This document shows, piece after piece, positions 1-10,300 of a stretch of 64,000 nucleotides of DNA. The stretch's first letter is position 1; each line of letters begins with the position of its first letter. The stretch is from an uncultured candidatus Porisulfidus sp. (GTDB lineage Bacteria > Pseudomonadota > Gammaproteobacteria > Poriferisulfidales > Oxydemutatoraceae). The position numbers and the translations under genes were made by a program. The notes below the pieces were generated by a model. That model was not told the origin of the DNA, did not search any database, and saw nothing but the letters and a program-made list of their open reading frames with translations. The stretch covers positions 128,001-192,000 of the forward strand of contig OZ244052.1 of NCBI GenBank assembly GCA_965215125.1, written 5' to 3'.

Positions 1-2031
1 GTCCACATCGATCTGCAGGTCAATCGCCCGTACCGTGAATGTCGGTGCATCGGTGATGCTACGGGCAGAAATGACACCGGGATCTATAGGTTCTCCGGTT
101 CCGATAGTAGTGCCGATTGTGTTGACCGGGGTATTGTTATCGTCATCTACCAAATGTCTAACATTGTCGCCACGCGCCAATGTGAAGCCTTCGGTTTGCC
201 GAACTACATCCAACGATGCAAGCTCAACCTCGTATTGCAATGTAATCGGGTTTCGGCTTATCAGCGTTAGCGTGCTACTAATCTCTACAAACTCGTCGCT
301 TCCTATGGGTTTGCGCAATATTTTATACAACGATGCATCGTCTATCCCATCGATACCTGCCTCATCGGCTGTTACACTGAATTGACCGGTATAACGGCGC
401 GGGTTGTCGATGTCGGGCATTGCATCGCCGATTTTGGTGAGCGTGATTACCGGCGGTATGCTATCGGTGAGTTCTATTTTATTTCTCAGTGCCGTTTGAT
501 AGTCTTCGATTATTTTGAGGTCTGCACCTAGCACCGCATTACGCTTAAACTCCAGAGACAGCGGCGGCGGTGCACGCTTGATACGCCCTTCGTTGATAAC
601 TATGTTCAGGGTCGTGCGGTGCGTCGTATTTAAGGAGACGCTAACGATAGATGCCGATAGGCTCGACGATTCACAATTACCGTTTTCGGCGGTCAAGCAG
701 AAGTTCTCTTTGATTACGGTCGCCGGGTTTAGCGGTTTGTTGAAACTTAGCTCCCAAGTGGACATCCCTATCTCGGTATCGCTATCGTAGGTATAGTCGG
801 TGCGCTCAATGCCGGTTGCATACGGCGCATCGGCATCGTGCACCAATGCCGCAGCGAAGTTGCCGTTTGCCAATTCAACATCGTCGGTATCTCTAACGAT
901 ACCGGTACCGGTGGAGGTATCGCTAAGCAACCTTAATACGCCTCTGTTCACCGCCGATGAAAAACTTAGGTTCACATAATCGTCACCGACGGTATGTTCC
1001 ACTACGATATTTATTTGTCTATTCTCCTCCCCGTCGATGTCTAGTCTGGTCACCCCGTCGCTGTCGAGTATCATGAAGTTAGACTCGGTCAGCTGTCTCG
1101 GTGTTGTCGAATCGCCGTCATCATATACGGCAACCCCTTTGGAAAACTTAAGCCGCACACCGCGACCGCGGTCGTGTCGTGCATAATCCTCCACCCAAGT
1201 CTTGCCGTCCAATCTAAAACCGCGCAAATCGTTGTCGGCAACACCGAATACCGTGCGGTTAAGCGTACTCGTAACTCCGTCTCCGGCGATCCAAACCTGA
1301 TTCTCGGCCCACAACCTATCGGAAAATGCCAAACCTGCATCGGCATTCATACTGCCGTTGTTGTCCGCATCGATGATCCGGCAACTAAAACCGATTAGGT
1401 CTTGCCACTCGTCGTTTATCGTTGCAAAAGAATCGGCGGTAGCTATTTCCGAAGTAAAACCGTCGGCAATCTCAAACAAACTCAATAGCGAAGGCGATGT
1501 GTCTACGATGACCAATCCGTAGTTCCCGTTGATGAAACCGCTACCTCTGGTATAGGTACATTGCCCTGAACCTGTTGCGGTGCCGTCGCCGTTATTATGA
1601 AAAGCCGGCGTATTAAGATTTTCACCGAATGCTACAGTGTTATATTCTATGCCTAAGCCACCGATACTGTACGGTAGTGCGCCGCCGGTCTTGCGTACCT
1701 GCACAACGAATTCAAAACGATCATCGCTCGTATCATTGGGGGTACCGTTATCGCCAATCCCTACCCGAGTCGGATCGAATCGCATATGAACCACACCATT
1801 GACATCCGGCATGCAGTCGCTGGCACTGCTGCCACCGCCGATACTACACGTTTGTGAAAAAGAACCGGAACCGGTCATGAAGCGACTTTCCGCGATGCGA
1901 TACTGCGCGTAGACATCGGCATGGACTACCAACAGTAGTGACATGCATATAGTAAATTGCATGCTCAAGCATGCAATTTTTTTTATTGTCCCCCTGAAAA
2001 CTTTGTCATATTTTTTAATTTCAGGTACCAT
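1..2031 (-). CDS. Large secreted protein of unknown function, N-terminal 677 codons only (runs off the left edge)
   Basis: Manual translation shows an open frame from ATG at 2031 to base 1 (MVPEIKKYDKVFRGTIKKIACLSMQFTICMSLLLVVHADVYA-QYRIAESRF...). AAAGGAG RBS lies 7 nt upstream. The N-terminus looks like a signal peptide, followed by acidic, Thr/Gly-rich beta-type sequence. Absent from the ORF track because there is no stop codon in the window. Confidence 0.85.
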   Translation of the reverse strand, partial: MVPEIKKYDKVFRGTIKKIACLSMQFTICMSLLLVVHADVYAQYRIAESRFMTGSGSFSQTCSIGGGSSASDCMPDVNGVVHMRFDPTRVGIGDNGTPNDTSDDRFEFVVQVRKTGGALPYSIGGLGIEYNTVAFGENLNTPAFHNNGDGTATGSGQCTYTRGSGFINGNYGLVIVDTSPSLLSLFEIADGFTSEIATADSFATINDEWQDLIGFSCRIIDADNNGSMNADAGLAFSDRLWAENQVWIAGDGVTSTLNRTVFGVADNDLRGFRLDGKTWVEDYARHDRGRGVRLKFSKGVAVYDDGDSTTPRQLTESNFMILDSDGVTRLDIDGEENRQINIVVEHTVGDDYVNLSFSSAVNRGVLRLLSDTSTGTGIVRDTDDVELANGNFAAALVHDADAPYATGIERTDYTYDSDTEIGMSTWELSFNKPLNPATVIKENFCLTAENGNCESSSLSASIVSVSLNTTHRTTLNIVINEGRIKRAPPPLSLEFKRNAVLGADLKIIEDYQTALRNKIELTDSIPPVITLTKIGDAMPDIDNPRRYTGQFSVTADEAGIDGIDDASLYKILRKPIGSDEFVEISSTLTLISRNPITLQYEVELASLDVVRQTEGFTLARGDNVRHLVDDDNNTPVNTIGTTIGTGEPIDPGVISARSITDAPTFTVRAIDLQIDVD

Positions 2032-2070
2032 TCGGTTACTCCTTTGGGAATTACGATTAAATTACTGCCG

Positions 2071-2079
2071 ATTATAGCA
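2071..2079 (-). promoter_or_regulatory. Extended -10 promoter element (TGcTATAAT) for the left-edge secreted protein gene
   Basis: The minus strand reads GTGCTATAAT, a perfect TGnTATAAT, 40 nt upstream of the ATG at 2031. Confidence 0.6.
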
Positions 2080-2127
2080 CTTTTTAAGGAGTATGAAAGC
2101 CTAATTACAACTAAAAAAATATGGACA

Positions 2128-2173
2128 AACCATTACCTCTGTGGAGGGATGGCAGAGGTAGCCGAGGTGGTTT
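2128..2173 (-). repeat. Degenerate inverted copy of the REP-like double-hairpin repeat (family A)
   Basis: The reverse complement ACCACCTCGG...TGCCATCCCTCCACAGAGGTAATGG aligns by eye with ACCACCCCG...TGCCACCCCTCCA(C/G)AGGAGGGGAATGG. It also forms a TACCTCTG/CAGAGGTA stem. Confidence 0.55.
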
Positions 2174-2241
2174 GCGTGTGCCTTGTATTAACGCACAATA
2201 TCGTTCAAGCACCTTGCGTTTTAGGAGTGCAGCTAAGCCTT

Positions 2242-2262
2242 CCCTAAAGTACCGTTCTGCAC
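2242..2262 (+). repeat. 21-bp dispersed repeat (family B), second copy at 57132-57152
   Basis: CCCTAAAGTACCGTTCTGCAC versus CCCTAAAGTGCCGTTCTGCAC, 20/21 identical; both copies are intergenic. Confidence 0.65.
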
Positions 2263-2302
2263 GAATAGAACCGCTAATTGAGCCGATGGCTCAATCGGCA
2301 AT

Positions 2303-3208
2303 TCAATTTTCTTCAATATAGCGTTGAGCCGATTCGCATGCGTGTTCGTAGTGTAGATAGACCGGCTTGTCCAATTCACACATTTGTTTTAGCAAGCGGT
2401 GCTGAGCCTGATATTTGATATTGCCGATTGCCAATGCGCCGATTCCCACCGCACCCGACTCGGAACCTTGCAAAGGATCGCCGTCGTGCATGACATCGAG
2501 ACTATGAATACCCGAGGGCGGTACCGCATTGACATCGGCGGCAACTCTAAGCGCGCTTGCCGATGCTATTTCGTCGGCATCCATCATCTGTATGCCGGCA
2601 GCCGCAGTCGCCAGTATCACCTCGGTCTTATCCAGTAAAGCCGCTTTCTCGTCGTTGCCCGCCGCATGCAGTTGCCCGGCATTTTGCTTGCATAGCTTGC
2701 GGCAATTTTCGACGATGCCCTCGGCTTTGGAACGTTGGCGGCTCATCAGCGTTACTTCGGCACCTAATTCGGTTGCCAATATCGCTGCAACCATGCCGAC
2801 CGGGCCGGTACCACCCAGCACCATCGCACGACACCCTTGCCAATCGCTTCGGTGTATGCGCTTGAGTTTATCTCCGACCGCAACGATCATGCCGGCAGCG
2901 GTAGTAAATGCACCGCTGGGGTCCGCCATCGCCGAGACTTCAAAGGGCGGCACCATCGCTTTGTGCGCCGATTCCAGCATCTGTAATGCAAGCGTCATAT
3001 CACGCCCGCCTATAAAAAGACCGGTACGTTTGACACCCGACGGCCCTCTTGAAAAAATTGCATCTTGCACGAGTGCCTGCACATCCGAAAGTTCTAAATG
3101 AGTGTATGGAATTACTACATCCCACCCCGCATCCATAGCCATATTGACATCAAAAGGGCTTAGATTCGGGGCCGAAGTTAGCATGTGTAATATATAAGGC
3201 TTTTCCAT
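2303..3208 (-). CDS. mtdB: NAD(P)-dependent methylene-tetrahydromethanopterin dehydrogenase
   Basis: N-terminal SPFDVNMAMDAGWD...VQDAIFSRGP..GVKRTGLFIGGRD, DPSGAFTTAA, Rossmann GGTGPVG, DVNAVPP and GIGALAIGNIKY motifs. Adjacent to mptG. AGGA RBS. Confidence 0.93.
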   Translation of the reverse strand: MEKPYILHMLTSAPNLSPFDVNMAMDAGWDVVIPYTHLELSDVQALVQDAIFSRGPSGVKRTGLFIGGRDMTLALQMLESAHKAMVPPFEVSAMADPSGAFTTAAGMIVAVGDKLKRIHRSDWQGCRAMVLGGTGPVGMVAAILATELGAEVTLMSRQRSKAEGIVENCRKLCKQNAGQLHAAGNDEKAALLDKTEVILATAAAGIQMMDADEIASASALRVAADVNAVPPSGIHSLDVMHDGDPLQGSESGAVGIGALAIGNIKYQAQHRLLKQMCELDKPVYLHYEHACESAQRYIEEN

Positions 3209-3229
3209 TGTTATTCCTATAGTTTGTTG

Positions 3230-4222
3230 TTAATCTAAAACGACCACGGCACCTTGATTGTTTCCCTTGACGATAAGAAAATCTATTTCCTCGGCATCTT
3301 TAGGGACTTCGGTTTCGGTGTCGTGGGATCGCACATAATCTTCTAATCCGGCTTTTAAGGCTTCCGCCTGCGCTTGATTTTCCGTTATTGCAAAGACAGT
3401 CGGCCCCCACGAAGTTTGGCCTATCCCTTTTATACCTTGTTTGTCCAAATATTCCAATAGTTTTACAGAATTAAAACGCAATATTTTTTGTTCTTGCACC
3501 GACGAAAAATAATCTTTCATTGTTGATTGTAGTTTGTACACCGCTTGGGCGAAACTCGCAAAGTCCCGCTCCACGACTGCCGGCATCAATTTCATAAGCA
3601 CCGTACGGCTCAAAGCAGCGGCGCACGATTTAGAAAATTGCGGCAATCGCTCAAATGCGCGACGCTCACCCGCACCGTGCAAACCATCCTGCCCCTTGGT
3701 CGTAATCAATAAAATGCGCCACGCACTAGGAAAAGGATGGTGGAAAATCAAAGTCGGCAATTTATCATCCTTAACGCCGGCATCGACCAACACACCCCCG
3801 CGATCAAAAGCATAAATTCCTATACCCGAACGTCGACCGCGCGCCAAACAATATGCGATTTCATTATGAGTCAATGTCAAACCATGTAAGCTCGCCAAAC
3901 CTTGCCCTATCGCCAACGCTGTTTGGGTTCCCGAACCGAGTCCTTGATGCGCAGGAATGGTTTGCTTTATACGGATATTGCAACGGCTCTCAACCTCGTA
4001 ATGCTTATCAAAGACTTCCACCAGTCGGATGATGCGCGCATTGTCGGCACCGTCTACATCGAGTGCTCCGGCAGGCACAATCTCAAGATCTAATCTCGGC
4101 GCATCCAATGCGATGCCGACACTTCCGAACTTACGTCCGACACCGCCATGCAGATCTATAAACCCCAGATGCAATCTCGCCGGCGTGCTGATCTTGATTT
4201 TTGCGATAGAAGAATCAGGCAT
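3230..4222 (-). CDS. mptG: Beta-ribofuranosylaminobenzene 5'-phosphate synthase (beta-RFAP synthase, GHMP-kinase fold; methanopterin biosynthesis)
   Basis: TPARLHLGFIDL..GRKFGSVG, IPAHQGLGSGTQ, GRRSGIG..AF..GG..VDAG and GQTSWGPT motifs; classic mptG-mtdB gene order. Confidence 0.92.
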   Translation of the reverse strand: MPDSSIAKIKISTPARLHLGFIDLHGGVGRKFGSVGIALDAPRLDLEIVPAGALDVDGADNARIIRLVEVFDKHYEVESRCNIRIKQTIPAHQGLGSGTQTALAIGQGLASLHGLTLTHNEIAYCLARGRRSGIGIYAFDRGGVLVDAGVKDDKLPTLIFHHPFPSAWRILLITTKGQDGLHGAGERRAFERLPQFSKSCAAALSRTVLMKLMPAVVERDFASFAQAVYKLQSTMKDYFSSVQEQKILRFNSVKLLEYLDKQGIKGIGQTSWGPTVFAITENQAQAEALKAGLEDYVRSHDTETEVPKDAEEIDFLIVKGNNQGAVVVLD

Positions 4223-4291
4223 GATATAAAACTATAGAACTACTATTATATATGAGATGGTTTGCATGAATGGATTAATTCAGATATTGTA

Positions 4292-4337
4292 ACCACCCCG
4301 TCAAGCTCCGCTTGCCACCCCTCCACAGGAGGGGAAT
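4292..4337 (+). repeat. REP-like double-hairpin repeat (family A), about 20 nt downstream of the giant gene stop
   Basis: ACCACCCCGTCAAGCTCCGCTTGCCACCCCTCCACAGGAGGGGAAT, with stems CAAGC/GCTTG and CCCCTCC/GGAGGGG; homologous to the 48-bp unit at 50881. Confidence 0.85.
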
Positions 4338-4357
4338 TAACCGGCACTATACTCGTG

Positions 4358-7300
4358 CTACTGCAGAGGACCTTCCAAGAATACCTTGACGCGGATGCGT
4401 AATGCGGATCCTTGTATGTGTACAATATAATTTGCTTCGGTATAGCCGTCTTCGGTGTTGTCGGCACGTCTCACTACGATGACAATTCGGGCACTTCCTC
4501 CCGTCAACGGGATGCTATCGGAAATAGCAATACGATCTGCACCGGCGACTAGGGTCACCGGATTATCGTCTTTGACATAGTTATTTGCACGATCATCGCC
4601 TAACCAGACACTTTGAATACCGAGACCGGTAGTGGTTGCCGATGCCGAGATTACGGTTTCGTCAACCGCATCCGAAACTTCGCCGATGTACAGGGTTCCG
4701 GAATCGTCGTCGGGATCTGTCTCAAGGGTAATATTGCTCATTGCGAGAGCAAACCCTAAGGTCGTTCTATCCATTGCCGAGGCACGCGATACGGTCACGG
4801 TATAAGTTGCCATCGGCACTTCGGTATCCTGTGCGGTCACTACGATAGTGAATACTTTATTCATTCCTTCGCCAATCGTAATCGGTAGATCCACCCGATT
4901 ATTAGCGGGACTCGGGGCATTGCTCCCCTCTCTAATTGTCAGCGTTGCATGCACATTATCGGCAACCGCAGTTAGGGTTGTATTCGCTATATCATTAGGC
5001 AGTTCTACAGAATAGCGGGTTGGTTGATTAGCCACCGCAGGATCGAAACTAAATCCCGCCACCGCTTCGGACAACACTTCCAGCATACTCAACCGCGTAT
5101 CTCGGCTCGGTTGCCGCATAATCGTCACCGTATAGGTCTTGCTCGTCTCGTTGTCCTGGGCAAGCACTTTGATTTTGACTTCCTTCGTTTCGCCTTCGTC
5201 TACGGAAATAGTATCGTTTATGCTACGCGTACCCAACGATACGCCGTCTACCGCAAGACCGTCTATGGTATAGCTTATAATCGTCGCACTACTATGCTCC
5301 ACTTGCGCTTCCAAACGAAGCTCGGTTATTTTGTCGCCGACTATCGGATTAGCAATGCGATACACATAACTCGTGCTTGTTGCCAGATTGTCGAAGCTCG
5401 TCGCCATACCGCCGTCCGGTAATACCCTCAAAACATCCAAGTTGGCATTACTACTTATTTCACGGGTCGCACGCACCACATAGGTATTTGTTGCCACATT
5501 CGGTGCCGTCAGTACTATACTAATGACTTTAGTCTGTCTCACATCGAATGGAATTGAAACACCGCCGTCATCGGCTTGTGCTAGTTCTACATCTCCCTCG
5601 AATATCGTATACACAGTCTCTTCGTCTTCCGAAGGTAGCATAGGTATGACGGTGAGCGTCGAACTATCGTTTGCAACCGTCACCGTATAGTTCCGCACAA
5701 AAGGATTAAATTCGTACGGACTGTCGGCTTTAAGCCCGATCAATTCCAAAGCCTCTAAAATTATTACATCACCTATGTCGACGATATAGCTTGCTTCGGT
5801 ATAGCCGTCTTCGGTGTTGTCGGTGCGTCTTAGTACGAGGACGATCCGAATTTGTCCTTCGGGCAATGAAACGGTATCGGAAACAGATGCTAAATTCTCA
5901 TCCAAGGTTTGAGCCGTTCCATCCTTGATACGCTCCTCGCCGTTCACTAGGACGCTTCGGATACTGACGCCGGTAACAGTTGCCGATGCCGAGATTACGG
6001 TTTCGTCAACCGCATCCGAAACTTCGCCGATATAGACAGTTCCGGAATCGTCGTCGGGATCTGTCTCAAGGGTAATATTGCTCATTGCGAGAGCAAACCC
6101 TAAGGTCGTTCTATCCATTGCCGAGGCACGCGATACGGTCACGGTATAAGTTGCCATCGGCACCTCGGTATCCTGTGCGGTCACCACGATAGTGAATACT
6201 TTATTCATTCCTTCGCCAATCGTAATCGGTAGATCCACCCGACGATTAGCGGGACTCGGGGCATTGCTCCCCTCTCTAATTGTCAGCGTTGCATACACAT
6301 TATCGGCAACCGCAGTTAGGGTTGTATTCGCTATATCACTAGGCAGTTCTACAGAATAGCGGGTTGGTTGATTAGCCACCGCAGGATCGAAACTAAATCC
6401 CGCCACCGCTTCGGACAACACTTCCAGCATACTCAACCGCGTATCTCGGCTCGGTTGCCGCATGATCGTCACCGTATAGGTCTTGCTCGTCTCGTTGTCC
6501 TGGGCAAGCACTTTGATTTTGACTTCCTTCGTTTCGCCTTCGTCTACGGAAATAGTATCGTTTATGCTACGCGTACCCAACGATACGCCGTCTACCGCAA
6601 GACCGTCTATGGTATAGCTTATAATCGTCGCACTACTATGCTCCACTTGCGCTTCCAAACGAAGCTCGGTTATTTTGTCGCCGACTATCGGATTAGCAAT
6701 GCGATACACATAACTCGTGCTTGTTGCCAGATTGTCGAAGCTCGTCGCCATACCGCCGTCCGGCAATACCCTCAAAACACCCAAGTTGGCATTGCTACTT
6801 ATTTCACGGGTCGCACGCACCACATAGGTATTTGTTGCCACATTCGGTGCCGTCAATACTATACTAATGACTTTAGTCTGTCTCACATCGAATGGAATTG
6901 AAACACCGCCGTCATCGGCTTGTGCTAGTTCTACATCTCCCTCGAATATCGTATACACAGTCTCTTCGTCTTCCGAAGGTAGCATAGGTATGACGGTGAG
7001 CGTCGAACTATCGTTTGCAACCGTCACCGTATAGTTCCGCACAAAAGGATTAAATTCGTACGGACTGTCGGCTTTAAGCCCGATCAATTCCAAAGCCTCT
7101 AAAATTATTACATCACCTATGTCGACGATATAGCTTGCTTCGGTATAGCCGTCTTCGGTGTTGTCGGTGCGTCTTAGTACGAGGACGATCCGAATTTGTC
7201 CTTCGGGCAATGAAACGGTATCGGAAACAGGTGCTAAATTCTCATCCAAGGTTTGAGCCGTTCCATCCCTGATACGCTCCTCGCCGTTCACTAGGACGCT

Positions 7301-10300
7301 TCGGATACCGAGACCGGTAGTGGTTGCCGATGCCGAGATTACGGTTTCGTCAACCGCATCCGAAACTTCGCCGATGTAGACAGTTCCGGAATCGTCGTCG
7401 GGATCTGTCTCAAGGGTAATATTGCTCATTGCGAGAGCAAACCCTAAGGTCGTTCTATCCATTGCCGAGGCACGCGATACGGTCACGGTATAAGTTGCCA
7501 TCGGCACCTCGGTATCCTGTGCGGTCACCACGATAGTGAATACTTTATTCATTCCTTCGCCAATCGTAATCGGTAGATCCACCCGACGATTAGCGGGACT
7601 CGGGGCATTGCTCCCCTCTCTAATTGTCAGCGTTGCATACACATTATCGGCAACCGCAGTTAGGGTTGTATTCGCTATATCACTAGGCAGTTCTACAGAA
7701 TAGCGGGTTGGTTGATTAGCCACCGCAGGATCGAAACTAAATCCCGCCACCGCTTCGGACAACACTTCCAGCATACTCAACCGCGTATCTCGGCTCGGTT
7801 GCCGCATGATCGTCACCGTATAGGTCTTGCTCGTCTCGTTGTCCTGGGCAAGCACTTTGATTTTGACTTCCTTCGTTTCGCCTTCGTCTACGGAAATAGT
7901 ATCGTTTATACTACGCGTACCCAACGATACGCCGTCTACCGCAAGACCGTCTATGGTATAGCTTATAATCGTCGCACTACTATGCTCCACTTGCGCTTCC
8001 AAACGAAGCTCGGTTATTTTGTCGCCGACTATCGGATTAGCAATGCGATACACATAACTCGTGCTTGTTGCCAGATTGTCGAAGCTCGTCGCCATACCGC
8101 CGTCCGGCAATACCCTCAAAACACCCAAGTTGGCATTGCTACTTATTTCACGGGTCACACGCACCACATAGGTATTTGTCGTTCCGTCCGGTGCCGTCAA
8201 CAAAAATTCTATACGATGTTCTCCCAACGCCAAATTGCTAATCGTCGCTTGTGCAACCACTACACCCGCCCGAGTTGAGGTTGTGATGTTGCCGATCGTA
8301 TTTGCATCCGAACTACGCATATCAAAATCTACCAACTCGTTCACTTCGGCGAACAGCGTTATCGTATCCACACTCATGGGAATCCGTAGCGGCGGCGTCG
8401 GCTGCAGATTGTCACCCGAAAAATCTCTGCGCTGCGCAACACCATTCTCGTCTTGCCAGGCCGCACTCCAGCCGTACAACGAAACATCGTATGCGCGGAA
8501 AATCGTATAGCTTCGAGTACTACTGCTATCGGTTCCTTGCCATACTGCGGTAATCACATTATCGCTATAATCCAAGTCTATGCGTATCGTATTGCGGTCT
8601 TCCGCAAGTAGCATGCCGTTGATAAAGATGCTTCCGCTTCTGGTGCGCGCCGTCACATCAACATGATCGGTTCCGGTAGGCACGCGATAGTTTTGATCAT
8701 TCTCCATGAAAACCGGGCTCAAACCGTCGGCATCTAAAATCAGCACATCAAAGCCACCTCTCTCGGAACTCGGTGATATCACATCCAGTACCAATTCCGG
8801 CGATGCCGGCAGCGGTACGGATACCAGAGTATCACGATAACCTTGCTTGTCCGAGTAGCTTAGCAGTACTCTATAAAAATCGGCAATCGCACCGCCGACG
8901 GTATAGCTTATAGCCGTTGCACCGTCAATATCGAACCAATTGCCGTCCGATTGCCGCTGCCATTGGTAGCGAATGTCGTTCGGATCACCGGCACCGTCGG
9001 GATCCTCCGCCAACTGTGCGCGGCTCAGAGTCGCTGCCGTATAGGTCAAATCTACCCGCGTCGGTGTACTAATGCCACCGATAACCCCGTTATTGTGTTT
9101 GGCAACCTCAAACGATAGCGATTCGGATACGGTTAAATCCTCGGCACTGCGTACCGTCAACATCGCACTCACCGTCTCGGCGGAACGGTCGGCGGAGATA
9201 AAATCGTCACGCAGATAAAACGACATAGACACACGCCTCGCACCACCGACTACGGTGCCGGTGGTCTCGGTGCGGTCTAAAAGCCTCACTTGTCGTTCGT
9301 CCACCGTCCACTCGTAACTCAAATCATCGCCGTCGGCATTAGAGAGCTCGCTGCTTAGCGTAATAAAATGCCCTTCTCTAATCGGTACCGAATCATTCAA
9401 CGGAGCACCGCCCTCACTTTCCGCAACGCTGCGGCTAATAGTAGCTACATCGGGAATCGTGATGAAAGTCAAACGATATTCCACATCCAAATTTTCCTTG
9501 CCGGTTATTTCGTAGGCTTCGGATGTCGTTATGCGTACCGTCGTCGTAGTAGAAAAGTCGGGAATCAAATCGTATTCTGCCGAACCCGCCGACATCGGCA
9601 CACCGTTAATCGCAATCATCGCATCGGGATGGTGTGTCGCTGCGATGATCTGAATTTCGGAAACATCGCCGGCTACCGGCACGGTATAGTGCTCAACCAT
9701 CACGGCATCAAAATTATCCTTAAGCCTCGCCCCGGTAAAACCGGCAATAGAAAGCCGTGGCTGTAGAGGACCACCGAACCTGAATTGTAAGTCTTGCAAA
9801 CCTAAGCGCTGGCGAGGCAATATATTCCCGCAATTCGGAGACGGCGTGGCGGTGCCGCAAGTGCTATCGCGATACTTGAGTGCAGGATATTGCCCGATGG
9901 TGCCGAAATCCCACCGCTCGGCACTCCAGTTGTAATAGGCTCGTGTCGCGGTAGAGCTTGGCTCCGACGATTTCAGGATTTCGGAACTAAAGCCTATAAC
10001 ATCGTCGGACCCGCCGTCGGATTGACCGCTGCGTTCGGTATCCCAATAACTTCGTTGTATGCGCGTTGCGGTGCTAATGCCGTAGACGAATCCTCTGTTC
10101 GATACACCGCCGAGCATACCGATTGAATAGCTGTCGCTTATCACATTGCTACCCGCAGCGATACCGACCAAACCACCGATCGAAGTACCGTCTGCGACTG
10201 CGGTTGCGGCATAGCTGTTAACTATACTCGAAGTTGATGCTTGTGAACTTAAAAAACCGATCAAACCGCCTATTTGCCGACCTCGGCTATTTACGCTACC

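Noticed and set aside
35-2321. Short ORFs listed in the track at the left edge
   Set aside because: They are antisense or out of frame to the real minus-strand gene at 1-2031, or span intergenic repeats.
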